DNA of 63,484 bases, counting the filler. It is 4 parts of 4 records of this genome, joined end to end, with 100 filler letters (N's around TTAATTAATTAA, not from the genome) between each part and the next. Parts side by side here need not be neighbours in the genome. Positions count along the whole stretch, not along the records: positions 15,547 to 42,068 come from DRR723986_8359; 3 more parts are not named here. The stretch is one strand, 5' to 3'. This document shows, piece after piece, positions 21,520-31,127 of the stretch. A model generated the notes under the pieces. That model searched no databases, had not been told where the DNA came from, and saw nothing but the letters and a program-made list of their open reading frames with translations. A program made the translations under genes and the position numbers. Every line of letters begins with the position of its first letter. Position 1 is the stretch's first letter.

Positions 21520-21596
21520 CGGGCAGTCGATTGGAGGATAGCCCGAATTCGGCTTCCAGGCGCCGTTGGCCGTCAGGCCAACGGCATTGGTGTGCC

Positions 21597-22097
21597 CTAT
21601 CCTGGAAACTTTATCGTGAAATAGGGGGCAGGGGCGTTTTCCCCCGGCGCAATCAACCCTGGAACGGGATTTTCATCCGGTGTCAGGGACTGCAGGTAGC
21701 TCGCAAGAGCTTCGGCGTCCTGTGTGGTCAGTCCGGCGTAGGCAGGCCAGGGCATAACGGGAATGAGCAACCGTCCGTCTGGTCGAACGCCGGTCGTCAG
21801 GGCCGTTACGATTTCTTCCGTACTCCAGGATCCCGCCCCGCCATTGGCGGGCGTGAGGTTCGGGCCCCAGACAATACCTGCCTGCGGAATTTCAAAGCCG
21901 ACATTGCCGCCGATGAGCCCGGCTTCAGGCATTGGCGCGCCGTTCGGTCCGCGCGGACTGTGACAATCGGCGCAAGCCATGATCCGGGCAAGATAGGCTC
22001 CACGTGCAGCCTTGTTCTCATCCGCGGACGCGGATCCTGAAAAGGCCGCGAGCACCGCAAAAGCCAGAATGGTTCTCTGGAAGACCAAGCAGATCAT
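21597..22097 (-). CDS. Periplasmic monoheme cytochrome c
   Basis: Signal peptide, RGAYLA..CADCH, NLTP, MPW. Confidence 0.88.
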   Translation of the reverse strand: MICLVFQRTILAFAVLAAFSGSASADENKAARGAYLARIMACADCHSPRGPNGAPMPEAGLIGGNVGFEIPQAGIVWGPNLTPANGGAGSWSTEEIVTALTTGVRPDGRLLIPVMPWPAYAGLTTQDAEALASYLQSLTPDENPVPGLIAPGENAPAPYFTIKFPG

Positions 22098-22106
22098 TGC
22101 CGCCTC

Positions 22107-22565
22107 CTAAGCCGCAGCCTGACCTGGAAGCATTTCCAGGCCGTAGTCGGGAGCAAGTTCCATGAAACGTTCTGCACCTTGCGTGCCGGCTTCGGCAGCA
22201 CGTGCGAACATCGTTTCGAACCCGCCGGGCGTAACGGTCACATCGAGCCAGCCCTCGACATCGCCGACATTGCGGAACGCATGCGGGACACCGCGCGGCA
22301 GGACGACGACATCACCTGGATGGACGTCGAAGACTTCATCGGCGCACCAGATGCGGAAATGACCTTCGCGGACATTGAACATCTCGTCTTCCTTGTGATG
22401 GATGTGCAGGGGCACACCTTCTCCGGGCGGAACGATTTCCTCAAAAAATCCAAGCCGTCCGCCGGTATCGGCACTCCGCACCCTTAAGCGGCGGAAGCCG
22501 AGTATTTCGTTTTCGCAAGCGTCCCGGTGCGCCGCGATTGCGGCTGCATTAAAAATTGCTGTCAT
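22107..22565 (-). CDS. Cupin-domain protein
   Basis: PLHIHHKEDE...PRGVPHAF. Confidence 0.85.
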   Translation of the reverse strand: MTAIFNAAAIAAHRDACENEILGFRRLRVRSADTGGRLGFFEEIVPPGEGVPLHIHHKEDEMFNVREGHFRIWCADEVFDVHPGDVVVLPRGVPHAFRNVGDVEGWLDVTVTPGGFETMFARAAEAGTQGAERFMELAPDYGLEMLPGQAAA

Positions 22566-22676
22566 AATGGGTCTCCTCAAGCCGCAAACTGCGGCGAGGG
22601 CAAAAAATACGACTTTCCCGAAATTGCGGAAGTGGTGATACTCCGGACAGTTTGTCCGGTTTCACAGGACGTTCGC

Positions 22677-23669
22677 ATGGCACTCTTTGATGCAATCGAG
22701 ATCTTCGCCCGGGTGGTTGAAGCCGGAAACATTACCCGGGCTGCCGAGCAGCTCGGCTTGTCCAAATCCCGTGTCAGCGAATGTGTCATTGCCCTGGAAA
22801 AACGTCTGGGGGTACGCCTTCTCGACCGGACCACCCGTCACGTTTCTCCAACCGAAGCCGGTGTGATCTTCTACCAGCGCTGTACCCGTGCACTGGAAGA
22901 GGCACACGCAGGCGTAACTGAAGTGATGGCGTATCAGGAAACTCCAGTTGGCCATATGCGGATCGGTGCGCCTGAAGCTTTTGCTGACCGGTTTATCATT
23001 CCGGCACTCGGGTTTTTTCTTGCAGAGAATCCGCAAGTGACAGCAGAAATCGTCGAAGACATGCGCATGGTCAACCTCGTTGAGCAGCGTCTCGACCTGT
23101 CGATAAGGATCGTGCGTGAACCGGAGCCTGCGACGATTGTCCGTAAACTCGGCATGTCCGAGGTCCTCGTCTGTGCCGCACCGGACTACATCGCAAGGCA
23201 TGGGGTGCCGCAACATCCTGTCGACATTCCGGACCACAAGTGCATCGGGTTCGCTGCGCTCTACTGGGCACGGGAATGGCCGTTCTTGTCGCCACAGAAA
23301 CACACCGTTTCACTGTCTCCCGTGATGATTTGCAACAGCACGGCATCGCTACGGTCAGCGGTCGTGTCGGGTATCGGCCTGGCGGCACTCCCCCGTTGGG
23401 CGGTTGTCACTGAGCTGAATGAGGGGGGCCTGGTCAGGGTAATGCGGGACTGGACGCTACCTGAAAGCGGCATTTATGCCGTCTATCCTTCAAACCGACT
23501 GGTGACGGCGAAGGTGCGCCGCTTTGTCGATCACCTGGCGCCGATCCTGCGCCAAAGTCTAAGCGACATGCCGGACATGGACGTAGCGCAAGATGGATGT
23601 CCCGCAGATGGCGTAAATGTGATTTCGGATGGTTCGCGCCCCGACGAACAGGCCGCCAGTTTGCGTTGA
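22677..23669 (+). CDS. LysR-family regulator
   Basis: FARVVEAGNITRAAEQLGLSKS..LEKRLGVRLLDRTTR. Confidence 0.93.
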   Translation: MALFDAIEIFARVVEAGNITRAAEQLGLSKSRVSECVIALEKRLGVRLLDRTTRHVSPTEAGVIFYQRCTRALEEAHAGVTEVMAYQETPVGHMRIGAPEAFADRFIIPALGFFLAENPQVTAEIVEDMRMVNLVEQRLDLSIRIVREPEPATIVRKLGMSEVLVCAAPDYIARHGVPQHPVDIPDHKCIGFAALYWAREWPFLSPQKHTVSLSPVMICNSTASLRSAVVSGIGLAALPRWAVVTELNEGGLVRVMRDWTLPESGIYAVYPSNRLVTAKVRRFVDHLAPILRQSLSDMPDMDVAQDGCPADGVNVISDGSRPDEQAASLR

Positions 23670-24037
23670 TCTGCGCTCATTACCGTTCGGTTTTTAGCGG
23701 CCGAAAGGCGCTGCTTGGCCGTAAATCGATGCTGACGCCTGTTCCTGTCATTGAGGTGTTTGTTGCAAAAATACACCCAGTGGTAGTAATTCAGGCGAGG
23801 TTGAGGAGCGAGTTTAAGTAAATTTTTCGAAAAAAGTACCGATGTATTCCCCAGATGGGGAATAGGAGATATGCCGTAGGGGCATAAGATCTTCCTGGCT
23901 GCGTCGGGGCGGTATGGCTGTTTAAGCTGGAACGTCTTGTTTGGTGTCAGCTGTGTTTTTGCCGGTTGCTTACTCGAGGGGCGGTCGGTCCTCGAAATTC
24001 GTTTCGGGTGTTTTTTAAACTATCGATACTGGCGTTA

Positions 24038-24107
24038 GGGAGCCGGGTGAGGTCGGAACTACCCGCTTGCAGCCCGCTGCAAAGTACCGGTTCGAATCCG
24101 GCTCCCA
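24038..24107 (+). ncRNA. Candidate tRNA-like structured element (not a canonical tRNA)
   Basis: GGGAG/CTCCC closing stem, GGGT/ACCC arm, TTGCAG-CCCG-CTGCAA arm, CCGG-TTCGAAT-CCGG T-arm. Confidence 0.35.
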
Positions 24108-24160
24108 TATTCCTCTCACACTTGTAGATCCATTGTTCCGATCTGCCAACGTCCTTTTGC

Positions 24161-25054
24161 CTAGCTGGCAAAAAGCAGCGCACTGCCTGCCACAACACCT
24201 GCCGCGCCTACCCAGGCGCCGAGTGCCGGTGCTTCCCCGGTTCGCCACCACATCATCGGTAGCATGAGGACGGGTGTCGTTGCCGACAGGGTTGCGATGA
24301 TACCGACTTCTCCGCCGGACAGCGCGAACAGGATCAGCGTCATGCCGAGACCCATGCCGAGCAAGCCGGAGATGGCGATCAGGCCGACGACCGGAAGCGT
24401 AAAGTTTCCCGCCGGCTTGACCCAGCTGACCGGAAGGCGTGTCAGAAGCAGCAGCCCCACAGCTGCAACGCCGACGCGTATGCTGGAAGCTGCGACCGGG
24501 TCAGCGCCGGTTTCCATGATAGGACGGGCAATGAGGGAGCCGACCGACTGGGACAGTGCCGCGGCAAGGCCGAGAAGCACGCCAATCCACACCGGACCCT
24601 TGATGTTTTCCCATTTGTGAAGCTGGGACTTGCGCTTGCCGAAACGGATGGCCAGCAGGACCCCCAGAAAGGTAAGGCCGATACCGACCATCTGCGTGGG
24701 GCTGAGGTCTTCGTTCAAGAGCAGCCAGCCGAGGATCGCCGACATGGGGGCATTCAGAGAGAACAGCATTGCGGTCCGGCGTGGTCCCATGCGGTTCAGC
24801 GTCAGGAAAAGCGCGGTGTCGCCAAGAAAGATGCCGACGAAACCGGACAGGACTAGAGGCAGCATCTGCGCGTCGCCGATGGAGCTCCACCCCGTGGTCA
24901 GGAACACCCAGGCGCACAGCATCAATGCCACAAGCACCATGCGGGTACAGTTGAAGGCAATCGCGCCGAGATGCTGGGCGGGGCCGGTGGACAGCAGACC
25001 TGTCAGCGCCCACAGGGCAGCCGCGCCGAGGGCTGCGGCTTCATAGAGAAACAT
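24161..25054 (-). CDS. DMT/EamA-family transporter
   Basis: About 10 TM helices in two EamA repeats. Confidence 0.88.
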   Translation of the reverse strand: MFLYEAAALGAAALWALTGLLSTGPAQHLGAIAFNCTRMVLVALMLCAWVFLTTGWSSIGDAQMLPLVLSGFVGIFLGDTALFLTLNRMGPRRTAMLFSLNAPMSAILGWLLLNEDLSPTQMVGIGLTFLGVLLAIRFGKRKSQLHKWENIKGPVWIGVLLGLAAALSQSVGSLIARPIMETGADPVAASSIRVGVAAVGLLLLTRLPVSWVKPAGNFTLPVVGLIAISGLLGMGLGMTLILFALSGGEVGIIATLSATTPVLMLPMMWWRTGEAPALGAWVGAAGVVAGSALLFAS

Positions 25055-25058
25055 CGGG

Positions 25059-25799
25059 TCAGGTCCGTAACAGATCGTCCTCCGGACCGGGCACTTTGCC
25101 GGTCCAGGCGGCTTCGAAGAAGGCGACTTCCAGTTTGCTCATTTGGCGGAAAAGGCCCGCAACGCGGGCTTGCTCGGGTTCCGGCAGAGTGGGGCCGATC
25201 CGGTCCATTTCCGCCCGGATCCAGGTCACGAAGGCCTCGAAGCCAGGCACGGCGTGCAGGTCAATCCATTCGGCGAGATAAAACGCATCCGGGCGCGGTT
25301 TTCCAGCTTCGCGCTGGCCCCAGGTCAGGTAGCACCATTCCGCGCAGAGAAGGCATGCAAGCCCTTCGGCGTAACTGCCTTGTCCGGACGATTTCAGCAG
25401 GAGCTGCGAGAAGGCGCGGGTCACGGGGCCCTGTGCTGCGGTCTCGTAAACTTGCGGCTCCACACCGAGCGCCTCGAACGAGCGCAGGAAGTAGTCGTTT
25501 TCCTCCGAGGTCAGCAGAGCCAGGAAACCGGAGAGCCGCGACTTGGCAGGCATTTCGGGGGCTTTGGCGACGAGATATCCCAGAGTGGAAGCGAGATCCG
25601 TGACGAAGGTGTAATCCTCGATCAGATAACGCGCATAGGCTTCCTCCGGCATGGTGCCATCGCCGATCGCAACGGTGAAGGGGTGGTTGCACGCATCGCT
25701 CCAGTAAGGCTCTGCGCAAGCTGCCAGCCAGTCGGTGAAGCGTCCGCCGGGAGTGCTTTCAAGGAAGTCGGTGAACGACCCGTCAAATTCAGAGGGCAT
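25059..25799 (-). CDS. TenA-family protein
   Basis: HPF....GDG, YLIEDY.FV, AEWCYLTW, EWIDLH, LEVAFF; start trimmed to MPSEFDG. Confidence 0.85.
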   Translation of the reverse strand: MPSEFDGSFTDFLESTPGGRFTDWLAACAEPYWSDACNHPFTVAIGDGTMPEEAYARYLIEDYTFVTDLASTLGYLVAKAPEMPAKSRLSGFLALLTSEENDYFLRSFEALGVEPQVYETAAQGPVTRAFSQLLLKSSGQGSYAEGLACLLCAEWCYLTWGQREAGKPRPDAFYLAEWIDLHAVPGFEAFVTWIRAEMDRIGPTLPEPEQARVAGLFRQMSKLEVAFFEAAWTGKVPGPEDDLLRT

Positions 25800-26100
25800 G
25801 GGAGAAAACTCGTTGGCGACCTTTGCGAACGCCGGGAATAGGGGATGACAGAGGTGATGCTGTTTTCGCAGCCTGTCAACATCAAAACCTGTCGGTCGCC
25901 GGCAATGTTCGGGTTTGTGGCGCTGAGCTGGGTGTTGTCGCTTCAACGCTCGACATAGCGCGTTGAGCTTCCCCGCAAAGAGGAAATCCGGGGCCTGGAT
26001 CGATGGCTCGGGGGGCTGCCCGGTAGGGTGTCGGGAACGCGGTTCCCGCTTCAGGACCTTCGCAGTGCGGTCGACCGGATGGCAGCCGGCAGGCCACAAG

Positions 26101-26126
26101 AAAACGGGCGCCCGAGGCGCCCGTTT
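26101..26126 (-). terminator. Intrinsic terminator after asd
   Basis: AAACGGGCGCC/GGCGCCCGTTT hairpin with a T tail on the minus strand. Confidence 0.7.
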
Positions 26127-26136
26127 GAACTGTCGA

Positions 26137-27171
26137 TCAGGCTGCTGCCTTTTTCGGCGTGATCAGGCCGCGGTTGACGAGAACCTCGGCGATCTGGACG
26201 GCGTTGAGCGCCGCGCCCTTGCGCAGGTTGTCGGAAACGACCCAGATGTTGAGGCCGTTTTCAACGGTTGCGTCCTCGCGGATGCGGGAGATGTAGGTCG
26301 CATCTTCGCCGGCACTTTCGTACGGCGTGATGTAGCCGCCATCTTCCTGCTTGTCGATGACGAGGCATCCCGGAGCTTCGCGCAGGATGTTGCGGGCTTC
26401 TTCAGCGGTGATCTCGTTTTCGAACTCGATGTTGACGCTTTCCGAATGGCCGATGAACACCGGTACGCGCACGGCGGTACAGGTCACCTTGATGGCCGGA
26501 TCGAGCATCTTCTTGGTTTCCGCCAACACCTTCCATTCTTCCTTGGTGTAGCCGTCTTCCATGAAGCTGTCGATGTGCGGGATCACGTTGAAAGCGATGC
26601 GCTTGGTGAACTTGCTCGGCTCGATCGGATCGTTCACGAAAACCGCACGGGTCTGGTTGAACAGCTCTTCCATCGCTTCCTTTCCGCCGCCGGAAACCGA
26701 CTGGTAGGTGGAAACGACGACGCGCTTGATCTTTGCGTGATCATGCAGCGGCTTCAGCGCCACGACCAGCTGGGCGGTGGAGCAGTTCGGATTGGCAATG
26801 ATGTTCTTTTTCGTGAAACCGGCAACGGCGTCGGCATTCACTTCCGGCACGATCAGCGGCACATCCGCGTCGTAGCGCCATGCGGAAGAGTTATCGATGA
26901 CAATGCAGCCCTTGGCAGCGATCTTCGGCGACCATTCCTTGGAAACGGTGCCACCGGCGGACATCAGGCAGATGTCGGTGTCGGAGAAATCGTAGTTCTC
27001 CATGGCCTGAACCTTCAGCGTCTTGTCGCCGAAGGAGACTTCGGTGCCCTGGGAACGGCGGGAAGCGAGGGCGACGACTTCGTCTGCCGGAAAGCCGCGC
27101 TCAGCGAGAATGTCCAGCATCTCGCGTCCGACATTGCCGGTAGCGCCTGCAATTGCGATCTTGAAACCCAT
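26137..27171 (-). CDS. asd: Aspartate-semialdehyde dehydrogenase
   Basis: GATGNVG, NPNCST catalytic Cys, STYQSVSG, DNLRKGAALNAVQIAE. Confidence 0.97.
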   Translation of the reverse strand: MGFKIAIAGATGNVGREMLDILAERGFPADEVVALASRRSQGTEVSFGDKTLKVQAMENYDFSDTDICLMSAGGTVSKEWSPKIAAKGCIVIDNSSAWRYDADVPLIVPEVNADAVAGFTKKNIIANPNCSTAQLVVALKPLHDHAKIKRVVVSTYQSVSGGGKEAMEELFNQTRAVFVNDPIEPSKFTKRIAFNVIPHIDSFMEDGYTKEEWKVLAETKKMLDPAIKVTCTAVRVPVFIGHSESVNIEFENEITAEEARNILREAPGCLVIDKQEDGGYITPYESAGEDATYISRIREDATVENGLNIWVVSDNLRKGAALNAVQIAEVLVNRGLITPKKAAA

Positions 27172-27281
27172 CTTTGACTAGTCCTTGTCCGTCTCCCCGC
27201 TTCGCCAGCCGCCCGGTTCTGGATGGGCGTGGCCGGCTCCCGGCGCCTCCCATCCCCGGGGAGGCGGGATGAGCGGCACCG

Positions 27282-27389
27282 TCAAGCGGTGGTCTTGGTG
27301 GTCTTGGTAGTGCGTTTAAGAGCGGTTGCGGCAGCCGTCCGGGGCTCGCCGCGCATGAAGGTAGCGCTGGCAAGGGCCTGGGACATCAT
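27282..27389 (-). CDS. Putative Thr/Lys-rich leader peptide of asd
   Basis: Manual translation MMSQALASATFMRGEPRTAAATALKRTTKTTKTTA*; ends 110 bp upstream of asd (alternative start 27356). Confidence 0.6.
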   Translation of the reverse strand: MMSQALASATFMRGEPRTAAATALKRTTKTTKTTA

Positions 27390-27627
27390 ATCCAGAATGT
27401 CGGCTTTCAGCCGGGTCATCGGGGCTCGCAATCGTCAAAACTTGAGACGGCGGTGTTTTTGCCCGGAAATCCCCGCGAGTCAACAAGGAATAGGCGGGTG
27501 TTGCCAGCTAAGTGAACGAATTGATGCCGTTCGGGAACAGTCGAATAGCTGCAGCCTCGGCAATTTCACCGAAAGAAGACCTTCGCCAGCCTTGTGTTCT
27601 GGCGTGGATGTGTGCGTTTTTTGCAGG

Positions 27628-28371
27628 TCAGGTGGCAAAAAGCCGTCCCGGTCCACGGTCTGCCGTCGGCAGGTCCGCCAGATGCATCATGTGCCATGCG
27701 AGCGCCAGGTTGGAGCTGATGACGGGTTTGGAGAGACGTTTCTCGCAGGCTTCAATGACAGGCATCGTGCGCAAGTTGGTGCAGGAGGCAAAGACGGCTT
27801 CTATCTCCGGATCCTTGCCAACCTCGCAGATTGCCTCTTCCACGGACTGCAGGCTGATCCTTGCAACCACGGCTTCTTCCGCTTGCCCGAAAGAACCGAC
27901 ACTCAAGGGCGTTATGCCGTTTTCTTCCAGGAGACGGCAGAGTGCGTCGGAGACTTCCTCCACATAGGGCGAGACGATGGCAATCCGTGAGACACCAAGG
28001 TGTGCAAGGGCTGCAAGGACTGCGCGGGCGGGGTCGGTCACGCGTGCGCCAGGATGAGTTGCCTGGATCGCACCGGCGACCTGATCCGATCCGATCACCG
28101 TTGCGCCGGACGTGCAGGCATAGGCAATGACGTCGGGTGGGCGCGTTCCCGGCAAGAGGGCTGCGGTGTCCGTCAGCCGAGCTTTCATCTGCATGAGTTT
28201 TTCCGAGGTGACTTCGGAAGCGCTCTCGATTCTGGCGTGAAGCAGCGAGACGCCTTCCTGATCAAAGAGAGGCCGAAACTCGCTCTCGATGGTTTCGTCA
28301 ACCGACAGCAAGATCAGGCCGAAAGCCGCTTTGGTTGCCGATCCCCTGTCGCAGTCGAAGGAAAGTTTCAT
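27628..28371 (-). CDS. Asp/Glu racemase / maleate isomerase family protein (EutA-like)
   Basis: YACTSG and FASCTNL catalytic Cys pair; KPVISSN. Confidence 0.85.
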   Translation of the reverse strand: MKLSFDCDRGSATKAAFGLILLSVDETIESEFRPLFDQEGVSLLHARIESASEVTSEKLMQMKARLTDTAALLPGTRPPDVIAYACTSGATVIGSDQVAGAIQATHPGARVTDPARAVLAALAHLGVSRIAIVSPYVEEVSDALCRLLEENGITPLSVGSFGQAEEAVVARISLQSVEEAICEVGKDPEIEAVFASCTNLRTMPVIEACEKRLSKPVISSNLALAWHMMHLADLPTADRGPGRLFAT

Positions 28372-28389
28372 GCCGCGGTTCCAGGTGTT

Positions 28390-29532
28390 CTAGCGGGTGA
28401 TAACCGGAATGTCCGGTCCTGTCGGCACGGTCAGGAATTCGGGCGATCCGTCTCGAATGACGATGTTTTCCTCGTGAACCATCATCCTGCCGAGGCCGAG
28501 CGAGAGGCTCGGCTCCAGTGTCAGCACCATGTTTTCTCGAAGTGGGGTCTCGTCAAAGCCTGTCAGGCTGGGCGCTTCGGTGAGCTGCATGCCAAGGCCA
28601 TGGCCGAGCCGGCCGACATCGCCTTCTCCCTCGCCCAGAACCCCGGCCATCGCCCGGAACAGATCGGCACAGGTCCGGCCCGGACGGGCAATTGCGGCGG
28701 CGGCTTCAACGGCCCGCACGAGCGTTTCATGGGCGGACCTGACGGCATCACTGGCCTGGCCGATCGCAAAATTGCGGTCAAAATCGCAGAAATATCCGCT
28801 TTTGGTGGCACCCGTATCAAGCATCAGGACGTCCCCTTCCTGTAGGGGCCGGGCCGAGGGGGGAGAAATGACATCGCCGTAGCCGTCCTGTCCGGCTCCG
28901 CCGACCAGATAAGGCACATCGTCCGCACCTTGCTTCAGAAGCTCGATCCGGAAGGACCGGAAAACCTCGTTGAGCTGTTGGCCGGTGTGGAAAAGCTCCG
29001 GTGCCCTGGCAAATGCTTCCGAACCGATACCGCAAATCTCGCGCAGGAGAGCAATTTCACGTTCAGATTTCACCATCCTGAGGCTCTGGATCAGACCGGT
29101 TCCGTCCAGATATTCAGCGTCGTTTGTGAGATCTCGAAGGCGCTGAAAGTCGCGAAGTGGCATGCGAAGCACGCTTTCCCGCCCCATCGGCATGGCGATT
29201 TTCGTGAAGTCCTTGAGGGTGTCCGCGAGCAGGGCGATGCCGTCATCGACGGGGTGCGGGGCGGAAAACACCCGGATATCGTCAATCCAGGTATTTGCCA
29301 TCAGGTGCGCGCCGATCTGCGGAATGACCGCAATCGGCTTGCCGTTTACCGGCACCACGAGGAACCAGGGCCGCGTGGGGCTCTGCCAGAACAGGGTCCG
29401 GAACCCGGTGAAATAACGCATTTCGGCTTCGGTCGTGAAAAACAGCGCGTCGATGCCCTGGGAATGCATGGCTTTTTGGGCTGCTTGCGTGCGCGCGGCA
29501 AATTCGTCTTCAGGAAAATCCTGTTCAGACAT
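28390..29532 (-). CDS. M24 Xaa-Pro peptidase family hydrolase
   Basis: Creatinase-N domain plus LDTG..DFDR, GHGLG, LEP, HEEN metal ligands. Confidence 0.88.
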   Translation of the reverse strand: MSEQDFPEDEFAARTQAAQKAMHSQGIDALFFTTEAEMRYFTGFRTLFWQSPTRPWFLVVPVNGKPIAVIPQIGAHLMANTWIDDIRVFSAPHPVDDGIALLADTLKDFTKIAMPMGRESVLRMPLRDFQRLRDLTNDAEYLDGTGLIQSLRMVKSEREIALLREICGIGSEAFARAPELFHTGQQLNEVFRSFRIELLKQGADDVPYLVGGAGQDGYGDVISPPSARPLQEGDVLMLDTGATKSGYFCDFDRNFAIGQASDAVRSAHETLVRAVEAAAAIARPGRTCADLFRAMAGVLGEGEGDVGRLGHGLGMQLTEAPSLTGFDETPLRENMVLTLEPSLSLGLGRMMVHEENIVIRDGSPEFLTVPTGPDIPVITR

Positions 29533-30610
29533 CTTCCGGTCCTTCGGAAAGATAGCAGAGCACCCGGGCTTCCGGTCCGAGGCCGAGGGTCGATGCCCCG
29601 CCACCTGCGTGTCGAACGGCTGTGATACCGCCCGCACCGGATGGCGTCGTCGCAATGCCGTTGTTGCCCAGCCAGTCGACCGTTTCAGCCGCTTCGCTGT
29701 CGGAAACGGTCACGAAGAAATCGGCTTCCCTGGCCAGGTACTTCAGCGCCAGATGCGAGGGTTCCTTGCAGTCTAACCGGCCCATGTTCGACACCGGGCC
29801 GGGCGCCGTGACGGGCTTTCCGGCTTCGATGCTGGCCATAAGGGCGGGTGCGTATTCTGGCTCCACCACGACGATGGTGACATCGCGGCCCCAGGTCAGG
29901 CGCGCGCCGACGGCACAGGCGGCGGCAAGTCCGCCGACACCCGCCTGCAGGAAGACATGCGTGGGCGGTGTCTTGATCTGCCGGGCAATTTCCGCGGCCA
30001 TCACAAGATAGCCCTCCATGACGTCGTGTCCGGCGGCGGTCATGCCCGGCCAGGTGCTGTCCGGCAGCAAGGTCCAGCCTTCGGCCTCGGCGCGCCTCTG
30101 GGCTTCCGTCATGCTGTCTTCATAGGTGGCTCCGGCCCGGACAACATCAGCGCCCCGGGCCTTGAGGCGGGCCTCAAAGGCGCTTGGTACAGTTTCGGCA
30201 ACGAAGACGACAGCCCTTGCCCCAAACAGCGGAGCGCCCGCGGCAAGGGACATGCCGTGGTTCCCGGCACTCGCACAGACAAAGGTTCTGCCGGTCAGCG
30301 CGGAAGCGTGAGACTGGGTCAGTCCGCCCCGAACGCGGCTGTCCGCCAGTTTGGCAATCGCATAGGCCGCGCCAAGTGCCTTGAAGCTTCCAAGACCCAT
30401 GCGTTGCCGTTCGTCCTTGAGGGCAAGGTTGCCGATAGCAAGACCGACCGCGAGGTCATTCGCAATCAGCAGCGGGGTTTCATCCGCACGCGGGCATTTC
30501 CGAAAAAGGTTCTCTGCTCCGGCGACGTCCTGTGAGACGGATCCATCCGCAAGCCCGCTTTGCTCGGGAAGGCCTTTGCCGAGGAACGGATTCTTCAGTG
30601 TTTTCATCAT
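29525..30610 (-). CDS. PLP-dependent fold II lyase, diaminopropionate ammonia-lyase-like
   Basis: KDE..RMGLGSFKALG, SAGNHG, QAGVGG. Confidence 0.85.
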   Translation of the reverse strand: MMKTLKNPFLGKGLPEQSGLADGSVSQDVAGAENLFRKCPRADETPLLIANDLAVGLAIGNLALKDERQRMGLGSFKALGAAYAIAKLADSRVRGGLTQSHASALTGRTFVCASAGNHGMSLAAGAPLFGARAVVFVAETVPSAFEARLKARGADVVRAGATYEDSMTEAQRRAEAEGWTLLPDSTWPGMTAAGHDVMEGYLVMAAEIARQIKTPPTHVFLQAGVGGLAAACAVGARLTWGRDVTIVVVEPEYAPALMASIEAGKPVTAPGPVSNMGRLDCKEPSHLALKYLAREADFFVTVSDSEAAETVDWLGNNGIATTPSGAGGITAVRHAGGGASTLGLGPEARVLCYLSEGPEDV

Positions 30611-30772
30611 CTGCCCCGCGCGGTTTCCCAGGCAGGTCAGCAGCTCTGAAGGCCGGTTGCAAGCGACTTGCTGAAAATGACGGTTACGAACCAGATCGGG
30701 CCGTGTCCGAGATGTTGCGCCTGGTTGCGAAAAAGACTTGCCTGTTTCTGATGAATCGAAATATCATGAATT

Positions 30773-31111
30773 ATGGATATGAAAGATGCACTGAGCGCCT
30801 TTGGGGCGCTCAGCCAGAAAACCAGACTGGAAGTCTTCCGGTTGTTGATCCGGGCTGGTGACGCAGGAATGACCGCCGGCGAGATCGGTGAGGCTCTGGA
30901 CGTTCGGCAGAACACCATGTCGGCGAACCTTGCTGTTCTGCTTCAGTCCGGGCTGGTCCGAAATGAACGCGAGGGGCGGTCGATTCGCTACTTCGCGGAT
31001 CATGACGGCATACGCGAGTTGCTGACGTTTCTGATGGCCGATTGCTGTGGTGGTCATCCGGAACTTTGTGCGCAGGTCATCGAGACGATTGCCTGCGGAG
31101 AGACCTGTTGA
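30773..31111 (+). CDS. arsR: Arsenic-responsive ArsR with C-terminal CC motif
   Basis: ALSQKTRLEVFRLL, REGRSIRY, DCCGGHPELC. Confidence 0.88.
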   Translation: MDMKDALSAFGALSQKTRLEVFRLLIRAGDAGMTAGEIGEALDVRQNTMSANLAVLLQSGLVRNEREGRSIRYFADHDGIRELLTFLMADCCGGHPELCAQVIETIACGETC

Positions 31112-31127
31112 GGTTAAGGGGGATCAA

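Noticed and set aside
24038-24107. Canonical tRNA gene
   Set aside because: 4-nt loop in the anticodon position and no 7-bp acceptor stem; kept only as a tRNA-like candidate
25800-26100. TPP riboswitch upstream of tenA
   Set aside because: The conserved CUGAGA and ACCUGA core was not found on the minus strand; only generic GC-rich stems are present
25963-27177. Long antisense ORFs (opposite asd, leuB, the sugar SBP and others)
   Set aside because: Shadow ORFs expected from high-GC codon bias opposite well-supported genes
28390-29532. DddP DMSP lyase or DoeA ectoine hydrolase assignment
   Set aside because: Only generic M24 motifs are visible; a specific assignment needs a phylogeny
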